Shown here in pieces: positions 35,743 through 47,808 of a stretch of DNA of 64,000 nucleotides. Position 1 is the first letter of the stretch. Each line of letters starts with the position of its first letter. The position numbers and the translations under genes were made by a program. Under the pieces are notes generated by a model. That model worked only from the letters and a program-made list of their open reading frames with translations. It was not told the origin of the DNA and did no database searches. Origin of the DNA: Cladosporium halotolerans (lineage: Eukaryota); contig NW_027191471.1 of NCBI RefSeq assembly GCF_011745625.1, positions 1 through 64,000 of the forward strand, given 5' to 3'.

Positions 35743-36766
35743 TCAGACCCTACCAGCCCGGCCAGCCTGGATAATCTCACCAGTCTGCCTGTCATCGGCC
35801 CTCAGCACCGGCCAACCCAGCCCGTCCGCTTTCGCAAGAGTCAACTCCAACTTCGTTCCCATGATCTTGAAGGCGCTTTTCTCCGTATCAATCGTGCCAA
35901 ACAAGGGCATGCTAGTCTGATAGCGCTTCTTATCCGTAGTCCTCAAGTCCAGATCAATCGTGCCCTGGTCCTTAAACTCCACCTTCGAGAGCTCCTTGTC
36001 GATCTTCTTCAAGTACAGACTGGCGATGACCGTCGTAGCAGTCTGGTAGAAATCATTCCGGACCTCCGACAGCGCCTCCTCAGTCTGCTCATCCTTCTTC
36101 CTGCCCACGAAGCAGTGCCGGCTCTTCGTCTTGCACCCGGGAATCCGCATGAACTCGTCAAACTCCAGCACCCGCCTCTTGCAGCACGTCCAGCCCTTGC
36201 TGCCTTCGTGGAACAGCGCCTGGCCCGGGTGGTGCACGCATTCCTCCTTGCTCCTGTCCTGGCCCTGCTTGTACACGCTCCCGCAGCCCTTGCGCTTGCA
36301 GGTCGTGTTGTCCGGGACGACGGCGTCTTCAGCGTCGCTCTCGTCCTCAGGCGGCGCGGGGCTCGCTGTCGGGCGAGGCGACTGGGCGGCTATGGGTTGG
36401 CGGGCGACGGGAGGAGGGAGGTTTTCGGTGTTGTTCGTTGGCTTGGGCGCCTGGGCTTGGATTTTGGCTTCGACGTCGGCATCGCTGGGTTTCTGCTCGG
36501 CGGGTGCGGGGGTATCGTCCACGGTCGTGTGCTTGCCGATGGTGCAGGGAGTGATTGTGAGGAATTCGTCAAACGTCAGGACGCGCGGTTTGCAGCAGCG
36601 GTAGCCCTTCTGGCCTTCGTGGAAGACGGGCAGGCCGGCTGTAGGTTTGGTTAGCGTTTGTTGGATGATGAGTGAGCTGGAGGCAAAGCGTACGGTGGTA
36701 GTTGCATGGCTCTTCAGGATCGGAAAATGCCTTGCCGCATCCGCGGTGGACACACTTTGTAGCCAT
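35743..36766 (-). CDS. CHORD-CHORD-CS Hsp90 co-chaperone (CHORDC1/Chp1-like)
   Basis: Exons 36766-36694, 36638-35743; CVHRGCGK..CNYHPG.PVFHEGQKGYRCC and CKRKGC..CVHHPGQALFHEGSKGWTCC; CS domain RNDFYQT...KLELTLAKAD. Confidence 0.95.
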
Positions 36767-36985
36767 GATCGCTCAATGCCGCGCGAGAGGAGGATGGATA
36801 TTGCGGTATAGCTGTTTCGTCGCAAACGGATCGCGGGGATAAAACTGCAAGGCCCACGAAGCACCCCACGTCACTCCAGGGCGGTGACCGGCGGCAAAAT
36901 CTGGCTGGGCTTCCCCTTCTGGGCGGCTCTTCCAATGGCGACACGGTGTCGCACGACATTTTGCTTGATATCAACGCCGACAAAC

Positions 36986-37387
36986 ATGAGGGTGTCCGCC
37001 ATCCTCCGTCAGCAGTGGAACCTGCGCCTTACCTTTTTTACGCGTCAGAATTGTTCGCTGTGCACCGACGCGAGGGAGGTCTTGTCCAAGGTTTGGGACA
37101 AGAGGCCATTCGAGTATACGGAGATCGACGTGATGGCAGCCCAGCAGCAGAAGTGGAAGAACCTTTATGAGTTCGACACGCCTGTGGTATGTCGTCGCCA
37201 AACCAATGGCTCACCGAGTGTGATATGCTGACGAGAAAAGCTCCATGTCGACAAAGTCCGCGAGAATAGCCACAATTTCGAGACGTCGCATGCGGCTGGC
37301 AAATTGATGCACCGCTTTACCGAGAAACAGGTCGAGCAGCTCATGGACCAAGAAATCATGAAAGAGCCCGATTCCTACTCGCCTTGA
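36986..37387 (+). CDS. Glutaredoxin-like protein (DUF836/YDR286C family)
   Basis: Exons 36986-37186, 37241-37387; LTFFTRQNCSLC (CxxC), YEFDTPV^LHV, KLMHRF. Confidence 0.9.
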
Positions 37388-37582
37388 AATTGGCCATCAT
37401 GGTTGCGTTTCCTCACAACGCCGCTCTGTTCGGCGCGCACGCTCCACATCTCGGCAACTCAGATGGAGCATGAGGGGCATCTCGCGTTGCGGGGCATTTC
37501 GTGTCCATCTTGAGCCTCCTGTGCTTGCGCTCATCGTTCTTGTGTTCCTCAATTCCAACGCCTCAGCTGAAGCTACACCAAA

Positions 37583-38458
37583 ATGCAAGCCGCGAACCGT
37601 CTGCAGAAAGCTCTCAAGGGCGGCGCTACCTTCGGCGCCTGGCAGATGCTGCCCGGCACAAACCTCAGCCGTGCCATTTGTCGAAGCTCACCCAATGTCG
37701 ACTGGGTACTGATAGATCAGGAACACGGCAACATCTCCGACGATTCAATGCACGAGCTTGTCGCCTCTGTCGCTGCATGCGGCGTCTCTCCCATAGTTCG
37801 TGTCCCCGACGGCCAGCACTGGATGATCAAGCGTGCTCTCGACGCCGGTGCCCACGGAATCCTTGTCCCGCTGCTCGAGACGGTCGAAGACGCGAAGAAC
37901 ATTGTCCGCTACTCTAAGTTCCCTCCCGTGGGTAACCGGGGTTTCGGAAGCCCGTTCAGCATGGAGAAGTTCGTCGAGCAGAGTGCTCATGGAAGTTCGG
38001 TGAAAGAGCTCTCGAGCATCGATTACCTGCAGCAGGCGAACGACAGCCTTGTTGTCGCCGTGCAGATCGAAACCAAGTCTGCACTGCAGAACGTGCGGGA
38101 CATCGCCGCCGTGCCAGGCATCGACGTGCTGTTCGTGGGGCCCTTCGACTTGGGCAACAACATCGGACACCCAATCATCGCTGCTAAGCGCGACCCCGAA
38201 CTGGTCGAGGCGATTGCGTCGGTCAACAAGGCCGCAGAGGAGGCGGGCAAGAGGAGCGGGATCTATTGCAATAGCGGAGAGGAAGCGAGACAATATGCGG
38301 ACCAGGGTTTCAACATGGTCAGCGCGATGACGGACATGGTTGCTGTGCCTAAGGCCTTCGGGCAGGCCTTCGATGCCGCGAAAGGAAGCTATGTCCACGC
38401 TGGTGTGCAAGGCATCAAGCAGGGCGTGGAGAAGATGACCGGACCATATGGCAAGTAA
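37583..38458 (+). CDS. HpcH/HpaI-family class II aldolase
   Basis: WVLIDQEHG, PIVRVP, KRALDAGAHGILVP, PPVGNRGFG, VQIET, DVLFVGPFDL. Confidence 0.95.
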   Translation: MQAANRLQKALKGGATFGAWQMLPGTNLSRAICRSSPNVDWVLIDQEHGNISDDSMHELVASVAACGVSPIVRVPDGQHWMIKRALDAGAHGILVPLLETVEDAKNIVRYSKFPPVGNRGFGSPFSMEKFVEQSAHGSSVKELSSIDYLQQANDSLVVAVQIETKSALQNVRDIAAVPGIDVLFVGPFDLGNNIGHPIIAAKRDPELVEAIASVNKAAEEAGKRSGIYCNSGEEARQYADQGFNMVSAMTDMVAVPKAFGQAFDAAKGSYVHAGVQGIKQGVEKMTGPYGK

Positions 38459-38875
38459 GGGATATAGAGGATTTTGCATTTACACAAGCAACGACATGAC
38501 GACAGTGTAATTGATCAATCGTGGTCTCCGTAGTATGCATTCGCAGACTTGCGATGCATGGGTTGCCCATCCTCAGAGTGAAAGAGCCAGGTTTGGAGCA
38601 TGGTAGTTCCGCAGCAGTAACTTTTATTCCATCGCAGTGGGATCGTGGCCTAGATGTATTCTGCTGTTGATGCCATGAGTATTCTGTTCGGATTCCATTC
38701 GTGTTCTTTTCTGTTTCCCGTCCTATTCTACCTACTGCTTAGTGTCTATCAATTAACGTCTGCCTCAGGCAGCAAGCGGTTCCAACCTCGAACCAACGCC
38801 AGCGTTTGCAACACCACTGACACCTTTCTCTTGCTAGCAATTGAACAATAGATTGACAACGAAAATTATCTCACA

Positions 38876-40039
38876 ATGGTCTTAGATATAGGCCAGCAAG
38901 ACGGCCCAAAGCCAAAGTGCTATTTTACCCACACGGCGTTGCCTTCTTACATTGACAACGCGCATCCACCTACGAAGAAAGAACCTTTTAAGACTACGCT
39001 AGAACAGCAGTACAGCCACACGGTATATATGAAATGCGAAGACATCTATGTACATTGAACAGGAGCGGAAACTGACATTCGCCTCTCTGAAGCTCACTCT
39101 CCTTCTGCCCGCCTCAGAAGCCCAGCAAGCCTTGCACGACAAGCTCGCCGCGAGCGATGGCGTCCTGCGCTACGCTCGCGTGTACATGAAGCTCATTGAA
39201 ATCATCTCTGGCGACTTCTTCAATTCCTACATCAAAGCTGGAAATATTGTCATGCTTTCGGAAGGTCGAGCGGGGACCGACAATGTCTTCTCGCTCTCGG
39301 ATGGGATTCTGAGAATGGAAGTCGACAAACCCACATTTGAGAAACTCGGACTTGAAGGCAAAGCAGTCGGCAGTGAGGGAAGGAAGCACGTCAAGGCGAG
39401 ATTCGGTGAGTGTCCGCGGCGCTTTTATAGAACAAAATCCTACGGCACTGAGCGATCACTGATTCGCCAATCGCAGTCATCGAACTCAATCTCCGCCTGC
39501 CATCGATGCTCCCTGGCAAGAAAGCTTTTGACCGCCTCATCTGGGCTTGCAAGAACGTCCTCGATTCGTCGCTCACCTGGCTCTTCTACGATCTCCGCTC
39601 CCCGACCGACGGGCAAGGCCCAATCGCAGCACACGCACCCACGGTCAAAGTTCTCGAGCCCGTCGCCGAGCCGCTCTCGAGTGTCTTGTGTCCCGCCTTC
39701 CCAGAGAGCATCGGGGAAGAAGACCGAGACGAAATCGCCGAGCTCCTCGAATGGATTCAGATGACGATGGCGCGCTCGCCGCGCGTGCTGCAGAGCGACA
39801 ACGTCGACCCGTACATCTGTCGCTACCGTCCAGCGGAAGACAGCGCGCCCGCCAACTTAGTACTTTACCAGTGGCACGGCTTCGTACCACCCGCGTTCGC
39901 AACCAAAGTCCTCCTAGCGGCTCTGAAAGCCACGGGCTCGAGCTGGTTTGCACTCGAGGGCGAAGCGTTCGGGGGTGCCAAGGGGTACACGGTTCTGAGG
40001 AATGGCGGGAACGTGATGACGTGGAAATATGCTGATTGA
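38876..40039 (+). CDS. RPP40: RNase P/MRP subunit Rpp40
   Basis: Exons 38876-39022, 39093-39405, 39477-40039; GDFFNSYIKAGNIVMLSEG, LRMEVDKPTFEKLGLEGK, LNLRLPSMLPGKKAFDRL, VDPYICRY, WHGF. Confidence 0.88.
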
Positions 40040-40092
40040 CTCATTGCCTTCGCCCGGAACGCGACAGTATAATACACTACAGATTACGGCCC

Positions 40093-43000
40093 TCAGAAAA
40101 CCGCCAGCCGCTCTAGCGTTCCTTGCAGAGGATCCAGGACCTCTTCGGCGCCGGACCAGCGATCGCCAGCAGTCTTGACCGCCTTCGCGAGCAGCGGGTA
40201 CAAATACGGTAGATGCGCTTTCTTGCCATCTCCATGCCCGGCTTGAGGCAAAGCCCGAGGGTGCAGTTCAATCTCTTCGGTCTTGCCGAAACAGAACAGC
40301 AGCTCCTCCAACTCCGAAAGCGGCTGCGGTGCTCGTCCTCGCAGCGGCTGGTCGGCGATGTAAGCGCGGATCGGGATGGCGAGTCGTAAGACCAGCAGCG
40401 GCGCAGCAACCTGCGACAGAACTTCGTACTCCTCCTGGGACTCTTGCGTGGTACTCAGAGACACAAGTTCTTCAAAGCAGACATAGCTCATCTGCTCACG
40501 CTGCGAAAAAGGGACACTAACCCTTCCCTTCCGGATTGCGCCAATCTTCTCCAGACCTGACTCTCCAGGCTGTGGGAACTCGCCTTCTTCCACTCTATGA
40601 ATAGTAGAAGCCTCGAATAGCGCACGCACAAAAGCTTCGCGGACATTTTGAGGGAGTTCTTTGCTTCCCAGACGAGGGATCATGACATTGCGCAGGGCGC
40701 GGTAGGCGGCGATGTCTTCATTCTGGTCTTCGTAGATTCGGCGGACGTCAGAGAACAAATGCAAGCCTTCGGCATTCACTATAGCTCCCGCGATAGCAAC
40801 GTACTCAGCCCACAACGCCGTGGCGGTGTTTCTGTTCGTGTCGGACGACTGTGTTCTATCGAGAACAGCTTGAGCGACAGCGACGGCAGCAGTAGTTGCG
40901 CGGCGCCATAACATAGAGCCTTTGTAGTCGATTTTCATGGAGTACTTGCGGGCAATGACGGTGCGCAGGCTCTTGACCGCGTTGAAGATCGCTTGGTCTT
41001 GGTACAGCTCTGTGTCGTCCGAGTAGTTGGTGATGAGCTGTTGGAGCCATTCGATCGATTCGCCAGCGAGGGCAACAAATGACGGGCGAGCGGACTTGCT
41101 GCCTTGGTCGGCCGTCTCGGTGTGCAGTAGGATGGCAGCAGCAGCGGTTGAAACCAAGCGAGATTTGCCTCCAGGTATGTCTGTACGCAGGCTTCTCCAT
41201 AGAGACAACGCTTTGCTTTGCAATGGACTCGGGCCGTGGACGTCAGCGCTGTAGAACGAGGCCTCGGATTTCTGCACGCAAGTGAAGATGTTGTCCACGA
41301 TCAGGCCCAGCTCGTCTGGCTTCAATTGCTCTTGTTGCAGTCGGTACAACTCGCTGGTCAAATCTGCGTAGGCAGAGAAGGCAGCTTGGCTGTCTTGCTT
41401 GCCGGCTGCTTGGTCAGGTGCTGGCGGAACATGGCTGGACCAGAACGAAAATGTTCGCTTCACAGGCTGGGCCCATGCTTGAATCGGTGTCTCAACCGTG
41501 TTCAGGACGGTAGTGAGGGTCCGGTAAACCGCGGCAGTTGTTATGTAGTTGCAATGGTCCAGTAAGCTCTCGAGCGCATTGACGAACATATCCCACAGAC
41601 GCGGGAAATCGGAGCTCGTCTCTATGACTCGGACATGTTGGGACAGGACGGAGGCTGTGCCGTCAAGAATCGTATCCGTCATTTCCATCGCGGTTTGAGT
41701 TTCACCCTTAGCAGCAGCGGTGTTCGAATCTGCCGACGTGGTTGTAGCATTATCACAGACGACACGAAAGACCACGGAATCCAGCAACACATCCCAGGAG
41801 CCGGCAGAGAGTTGAGTACCGTGTGACTTGCAGATGCTGCAGATGATCTGGAAAGCCGCCTTTCGAGCTTCCTTTTGGCCGGATCTTACAATGTCCCGTA
41901 GTTTCAGCAGGACAAGCAACCATTGAGCAGCGCGGTTTTTCTCAATGTTTTCCTTTAGTGAAACTTCAAGATCCGTAGAATGGTCATGCAGCTCTTCGAT
42001 TGCCGAAGAGTGTTCCTCGCCAAATAACGTATCGGAGAGGTTCCAAGTCATTGTGATTGTCGTCAAGCTCAAATTGAGGTCGTCTCGTTGTGCCATGAAG
42101 CGGTAGAGGAGCTCGATCAAGGCGGGGACTGCAGTTGAAGGCAGAAGACCGAGAAAGTCTGAGCAGATAAGTTGAACGGCTGCAAAAGCCTCACGACCGA
42201 GGCGAGTTGATATGAATTCATGTGAGACCTTCGCCCAATCGATCTGAGTTCTCTCGTTGTGATCACCGGTGGTTGAGTCTCTCTCGCTTTCGAAGATACT
42301 GCTTATGACAGCAAGAATCTTGTTCCAACCAGCAACTAACGCCTCTCCTGAGCGTTCTAGTATCGATTGAAGTGCATTGAGCACTTGTGCTTGAACTTCG
42401 ACGTCTGCCTGGGTGAGCTCTCCATCCTCGGCGTAGATTCCATCGACGAGCTGGGGCAACACAGCAAGAGCACGACGTTGGATGACCTCTCGCGTCTCTG
42501 TGTCCTCCTCTGCAACTTCGGCAATGCATTCAGCGCAGAGCTTGCAGATCAGATCTGCTGCAGCTCTTCGTGCGACAGCTGGTACGTTGCTTGCTACAGC
42601 CACTTTCATTGCTTCTTCGATAATGAGAGTCCAACCACTTTCTTCGGGTCCGTTCGTGACGAATCTCGATACGTTCAGAGCAGCTAGACTTCCCAATTTT
42701 GGAATGATGAATTGGTAGTCCCGAGCCTGCATCTCAGCCAGAGTACTCAGACCGGGCAGACCGGAGGTTCTTCTGCGGTCAAGCGTGGGCGTGGATGGAG
42801 GAGATAGCTGCTCTACTTGTGGAGACATTGCAGCCGTTGGGATTCTGCCACGTAAAAGACGGCAGAACGTCTCGAGAATATTCATGAATGCGTCGTTTGG
42901 GTAGTCCGAGGTACTTTCCAATAGTCTTGACGCAGCAGCTTCAACAGCTGCGACCTCCGAGCTGAAAGCATGCAACGCAGCAGGTGAATCCGCATCTTTT

Positions 43001-45117
43001 TGGTAAGAGTTTGTTCCTGGACGATGGGGCGAAGCGCTGCTGAGCACCATGTCAGCCTGTTTGAGGACATCAATGACCAGCCTGAATGCAGGCCCAAGAG
43101 TCGGCCCTAGGGCGATTGCGAGGTTCAGCAGAGCTCTTAGACAGAGCAGATTTCTGATCGTCAATGTTGGTCTAGGAGCATCCACCGACGAGCGACGATC
43201 CCGCTCAGCTGAGACGGTGGAGCCTTGACTGACTAGACTGTCAACACTGAGCAAGTGTCTGGGGTTGGAGAAGACTCGTGGACTCTCCATGCTGGGCGAG
43301 CGTGACGGCTCTGCCGTCGAGGCGCTCAATAATTGTGGCGGTACCGCCGCCTTTCCGAGTGTAGTCATCAAAGCGTCACGGGGTGTGCTCAACCTCAGTA
43401 AGCCAGCGACTTGGGCAAAGCGCTGATATGCCTTGATGAGACTTCGGTAGTATTGGTCGTCAAGGGCTGCGTTCAAGAAGGTGGAGGATGTTGCAAGCAC
43501 AGCGGGCCAACATGATTCTATCAATGCGGCCACTGCACTAATCTTGGGTTGCGACGGGCCCTCGATCTCCAGGGGGTTCAAAGGCACAGCTCGTTTCCTG
43601 AAGGATTGCGATCGCTCTGATCGAGTATGTATAGCCTCCGCATCAAGATGAGATTTTGGATCCTTTGAGCCTCTACCTCTGGACCTTTCGTGCTGGACAG
43701 TGAATGGCAATACAACCTTGGCTAGGTTGTCTGACAGGTTGTTCAGGCACTCAAGCACCAGGCTGTAGGCGTATGTCTCCGGCAGGTTCGGCGGCTCACT
43801 CTTGTCTAATTGTTCGATGCATGCTGTACGCGGAATGCTCCACTGCGAGCTGATGCCCGCTACGCTGGCCTCAGCCACGCCAAAAGCTGATGTAATGACC
43901 CCAGCCATGCCACCTGCTGCTTCCAGAGCCAGTTGTTCGGATGTGTCGTCTCTAGGTGACGTCGGACCAGTCGGGACCGTGGATTGCTGCCCTAGACCGA
44001 TTATGGACGGCTTCTCCGTAGAGATACGCACAAAGGCTGACATGATGTCTTGAACCACTGGTTTGCCTTCCTTGGCAGCATCGAACGCACAAGCTGCTGT
44101 CACCACAAGATTGGAGTCATCGAAAAAGTCGCGAAGCGCCTCAAGGAAGAGACAGCGTTTCCACATCTGAGACGAGTCCGGTTCAAGGCCATGTGCGAGC
44201 AGCCCCAAGGCTATTTCACACTCACCAACGAACTTTGTGAAATGCTTCGTCAATATGAGATTGACTATACGCACACAACGTAAGGTCACAGGGAAACTCA
44301 ACCTCTCCGACAAAGCCTGGGTCGCGAAAGGCATAACGTTCGACCTCACAATGCTGGCAAATTCCGCGTGTTTGTCAATCAAGCTCGGGTTCGCATCGAT
44401 GCAGGAGAACACAAGCTCCAGGCTGGCCTCTCTCGACAAAGACGTGAGATCGACGAATTTGGCTTTGCGGTCTTCGACTGCAAGCACGAGGTCGCGGAAG
44501 ATCCTGTAAGCATCATAGGCCGCAGGTCTGATTAACATTGGCCCTTCATCGCCGGGGATTTCTGCAACCGGCGCGACATCTTTGGCTTTGGCATCCTCTG
44601 CGGCAACCCGCTCGAACACAGTAGCAACGAGTTGCTGGAGAGTCGCTGCTGCAACGCCACTGACTGTCTGGACCTTGGCCGCCTGGAGTGAGGAACATAC
44701 TTGGAGCGCGCCACTCAGCAGGTCTCCTTTCAGGTCGTCGGCATAATTCTGGACCAAAGATGGTAAGGCTTGTAAAACCTTGAGTTGCACGTCGAGCCCA
44801 AGATCCGTGCATGCGTGAAACGCTTCGACTGCCTCCCCTAACCGGCTTTTGGGGAGTCCTTGAGAGACGACCAGACGCTGTAAGCAAGTAACGCCACTCC
44901 CCGCTAACTTCGGCGTGCGAGTTCCACAAGCTAGCAAGAATGGCTCAACGAAGGTCGGTCGTCGACTAAGATCTGCCGCGAGTTGTTGCTCCGATGTTAC
45001 CGAGAGTGACTTGAGCTCCTGTAAGGATTTCTCGGCGGCATGACGAAGTTCCGACTGTTTCCTTTTGGCCTCGGATATCAAAGTCGACAGCTCGTTCGCC
45101 AGGAGTGTCGCGCTCAT
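40093..45117 (-). CDS. MON2: Mon2/Ysl2 Arf-GEF-like scaffold (DCB-HUS-HDS)
   Basis: Single 1674-aa ORF; LISEAKRKQSELRHAAEKS, DVQLKVLQAL, LDKSEPP.LPETY, AGLLRLSTPRDAL, VQLICSDFL, DLNLSLT, YIADQPLRG. Confidence 0.95.
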   Translation of the reverse strand: MSATLLANELSTLISEAKRKQSELRHAAEKSLQELKSLSVTSEQQLAADLSRRPTFVEPFLLACGTRTPKLAGSGVTCLQRLVVSQGLPKSRLGEAVEAFHACTDLGLDVQLKVLQALPSLVQNYADDLKGDLLSGALQVCSSLQAAKVQTVSGVAAATLQQLVATVFERVAAEDAKAKDVAPVAEIPGDEGPMLIRPAAYDAYRIFRDLVLAVEDRKAKFVDLTSLSREASLELVFSCIDANPSLIDKHAEFASIVRSNVMPFATQALSERLSFPVTLRCVRIVNLILTKHFTKFVGECEIALGLLAHGLEPDSSQMWKRCLFLEALRDFFDDSNLVVTAACAFDAAKEGKPVVQDIMSAFVRISTEKPSIIGLGQQSTVPTGPTSPRDDTSEQLALEAAGGMAGVITSAFGVAEASVAGISSQWSIPRTACIEQLDKSEPPNLPETYAYSLVLECLNNLSDNLAKVVLPFTVQHERSRGRGSKDPKSHLDAEAIHTRSERSQSFRKRAVPLNPLEIEGPSQPKISAVAALIESCWPAVLATSSTFLNAALDDQYYRSLIKAYQRFAQVAGLLRLSTPRDALMTTLGKAAVPPQLLSASTAEPSRSPSMESPRVFSNPRHLLSVDSLVSQGSTVSAERDRRSSVDAPRPTLTIRNLLCLRALLNLAIALGPTLGPAFRLVIDVLKQADMVLSSASPHRPGTNSYQKDADSPAALHAFSSEVAAVEAAASRLLESTSDYPNDAFMNILETFCRLLRGRIPTAAMSPQVEQLSPPSTPTLDRRRTSGLPGLSTLAEMQARDYQFIIPKLGSLAALNVSRFVTNGPEESGWTLIIEEAMKVAVASNVPAVARRAAADLICKLCAECIAEVAEEDTETREVIQRRALAVLPQLVDGIYAEDGELTQADVEVQAQVLNALQSILERSGEALVAGWNKILAVISSIFESERDSTTGDHNERTQIDWAKVSHEFISTRLGREAFAAVQLICSDFLGLLPSTAVPALIELLYRFMAQRDDLNLSLTTITMTWNLSDTLFGEEHSSAIEELHDHSTDLEVSLKENIEKNRAAQWLLVLLKLRDIVRSGQKEARKAAFQIICSICKSHGTQLSAGSWDVLLDSVVFRVVCDNATTTSADSNTAAAKGETQTAMEMTDTILDGTASVLSQHVRVIETSSDFPRLWDMFVNALESLLDHCNYITTAAVYRTLTTVLNTVETPIQAWAQPVKRTFSFWSSHVPPAPDQAAGKQDSQAAFSAYADLTSELYRLQQEQLKPDELGLIVDNIFTCVQKSEASFYSADVHGPSPLQSKALSLWRSLRTDIPGGKSRLVSTAAAAILLHTETADQGSKSARPSFVALAGESIEWLQQLITNYSDDTELYQDQAIFNAVKSLRTVIARKYSMKIDYKGSMLWRRATTAAVAVAQAVLDRTQSSDTNRNTATALWAEYVAIAGAIVNAEGLHLFSDVRRIYEDQNEDIAAYRALRNVMIPRLGSKELPQNVREAFVRALFEASTIHRVEEGEFPQPGESGLEKIGAIRKGRVSVPFSQREQMSYVCFEELVSLSTTQESQEEYEVLSQVAAPLLVLRLAIPIRAYIADQPLRGRAPQPLSELEELLFCFGKTEEIELHPRALPQAGHGDGKKAHLPYLYPLLAKAVKTAGDRWSGAEEVLDPLQGTLERLAVF

Positions 45118-45553
45118 CCTTTCGTGATCACCAGGTTACACTCAGCATGAGCCGTTCATCAAGCCATGTCCAGGGTTCGGAGTCGCGATGCCGGTAGAGA
45201 TTCAAGGCCAGTGAGGAATCAAACGTGATTTTCCAAGATTAAAGGTGTCCTGCATGTACTACAGCAGCTGCGAGTCCTTCAAGCGATTTTTGTTCAGTTT
45301 GTGACAGGCACAATATCGTCTGTTCATCTCACATATCGAATGCAAGGTGTCTCGAGCGCACGGACCCTCCTAGGGTCGCTCGGAACCCGCCAAGAACGAC
45401 TTGAGTCGTGCCTGAGCCCGCCGCCGCCTCAAGCTGCATCATCGTCACTTGTTGCCAACAGACCGATCTGCCAAACACCTTGACCAAACCAATCCACCAA
45501 CAACACTTGCAATCTCATCAAAACAACGGACTTTTCGAAGACGAATAGCAAAC

Positions 45554-45904
45554 ATGTCAGGCGCAGCACAAGGTTCCCAGGACACAGCGAAAGCAGGCCT
45601 CGCTTCGGACTCAAAAGACAACAGCCAGCCGCTGCAACCGCAGAAGCCCGGCGCACAGCTCGAGGAGGATGACGAGTTCGAAGACTTCCCAGTAGAAGGT
45701 ACATATCACACAAAAAGATCATAGCACTGCCTACCAACGAAGGGCGACAAGCTAACCACCCGCGCAGACTGGACCAAAGAGGAGGAAGTCGGCTCCCAAA
45801 CGACCGCTACACACCTGTGGGAGGAGAGCTGGGACGACGACGACACGAGCGACGATTTCTCCGTGCAGCTGAAAGCCGAGCTGGAGAAAGCGAAGAAGAG
45901 CTGA
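45554..45904 (+). CDS. SEM1: Proteasome lid subunit Sem1/Dss1
   Basis: Exons 45554-45698, 45768-45904; [13 protein letters not shown]^DW...[24 protein letters not shown]. Confidence 0.97.
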
Positions 45905-46142
45905 GCGAGCGAAGCGGCCTTCTCACGACCGGAACGGGGCACTTTGACAAATCATAATCGGCACAAATGAAATGGGAAACATGGGATACGCATCAGCGTG
46001 GCGTCGGGCGCATACGAAGCTGCGGCAAGCAGCGCATTAGGAGGACGAGCGAGGAGTGAACTTCACGATGATGGAAAAGAAACGGCATGCTTTGCGCGGA
46101 CCGAGGGCGCCGAGTCTCGAATGGACGTGGGCGCGGTGCCTT

Positions 46143-47808
46143 TCATTGTTCGAGAGATATAACGTCCGGCAGCTCGGCGATGTCGAGCGTCTGCCTCGAC
46201 TCTAAATCTATGAGCCTTATCGTCCCGAAGTTCAGAATGCCCGCGCTTGTCGTGCGGTATCTCAGAGTTGTCTCGAAACATGCTCCTGCTGTGAGGGGCC
46301 CGATCCTCACATCAGGGGTGAGTGTGAGGACCTTCTGTCCTGTGGTCTCCTGCAGATTCGAATGGTGAGTTGACGCTGTCACTGCGGTATCGTTTGAACT
46401 CAGCCGTTTCTCAAAACGTGGCTTGATCGTTGTCGATGAGCGTCTTCGCTGCGCTGTCACGAGCGCGAACTTTCTGGTTCGATTACTTCGGTTGACGCAT
46501 TGTACGTGAATCGTGACGTCGGAGTTTTGCTTCGTAGTAGGAGGAGCTGTAAAGGTGAAGATTATCTCTCCCTCTTTAGAAGACATTTGGGAGATGTCGT
46601 GCATGGAGGGCCGAGAACTGCTACTTTGCGAAGCCTTTCGCCTGTGTGCACCGTAGCCAGCGCTGAGAGGCCGTGACCACTTGTAAGGCATCGTCTTGGT
46701 GCTGTGCGACATATCGACTTGAGTCTGCCATTGTGTCTCGATTTCGACGCGCGAATTCTCGTCGAAAGAAGCCGTTGCTTTCATGGTGATCATAGCGAGA
46801 TCCATGGTCTTGGTTGGTGAAGCCGCTGCGGGAGCTGATTTGTCAATCCGGTAGAGGAGAACTACCTCATCGCCAGCGTGCGAACGTTGCGGCCAGACGG
46901 CTCCGTTCAGGCTTTCAACATCCATGCCCTGGATCTCGAAGCGAACATCGTCGATTTTGAGAAATCCTGTGACGAGTGGCGAGATTTCCACGTGAAGGCT
47001 AGCAATCACCGAGTCCGCCATAGCCGAATATCCCATTCGCATGAAGAACGCGGGCACAGTAGGGAACGCCCTTTTGGTAGCACCACGCATCGGCCTAGCA
47101 AAATCTTCGAGCTGAGAGGATGGCGGAGACACTTTGGTGACTCTATTCTCAGAGACGTGGATCTGGCGTCCAGATGCGCCGAGTGAGGGATCATGGTGAA
47201 GTGATTCGAGGACATTCGCCGGTAATGGCTCGAAGCTCGGGAGGTACTGCGTCTTTGTTGTGGATGTGACGGTAGCAGGACTGCCGTTGACGTTCACATT
47301 GGCGGTGAAATATACTGCGGGCCGCTGTAGTCGTATTCGAGGCCTCACGAGATGCAAGACGGGTTTCCAGACAACGTAAGAGTGCTCGCCTAGAGATACC
47401 AGCTCGACATTATCGGTGGCTAGTGTTTTCGTGGAAGCAATGTCATGCTTTCCAGACGCCGCTGCCGAGTTTCCTGCACCATCGGGTACGGCATTTGTTG
47501 CATGAGCAGAGATGGTGAGATCGAGGTAAGGGAGAAGCTTTCGGACTGCGTCCTCGGAAATGGGCGTCCGCAGCACTATTTGAAAGCAGCTTTTCTCATC
47601 TAGAAAGGCTTGAAGTAAGCCACAGAACGCCTGTGAGACGGGAATGTAACCAACCGAAAAACAGATGCTTCCTGGTCTGCGCCCTTCGGACTTCTTCGGG
47701 ATTGCCGTTTCTCAAGAGCGCTGCAGCGTCAAAGTCGCCGGTACTGGGTAGGAGCACATCGACATAGGCGCCTTTTGAAAAAGCCTCGAATTCAGCTTTT
47801 ACGTCCAT
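46143..47808 (-). CDS. TRS65: TRAPP II subunit Trs65
   Basis: Exons 47808-47655, 47599-46143; RKHLFF^DE, RPRIRLQRPAVYFTA, YLPSFEPLPANVLESL, C-terminal LTPDVRIGPL.AGACFET.L..IRLIDL. Confidence 0.85.
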
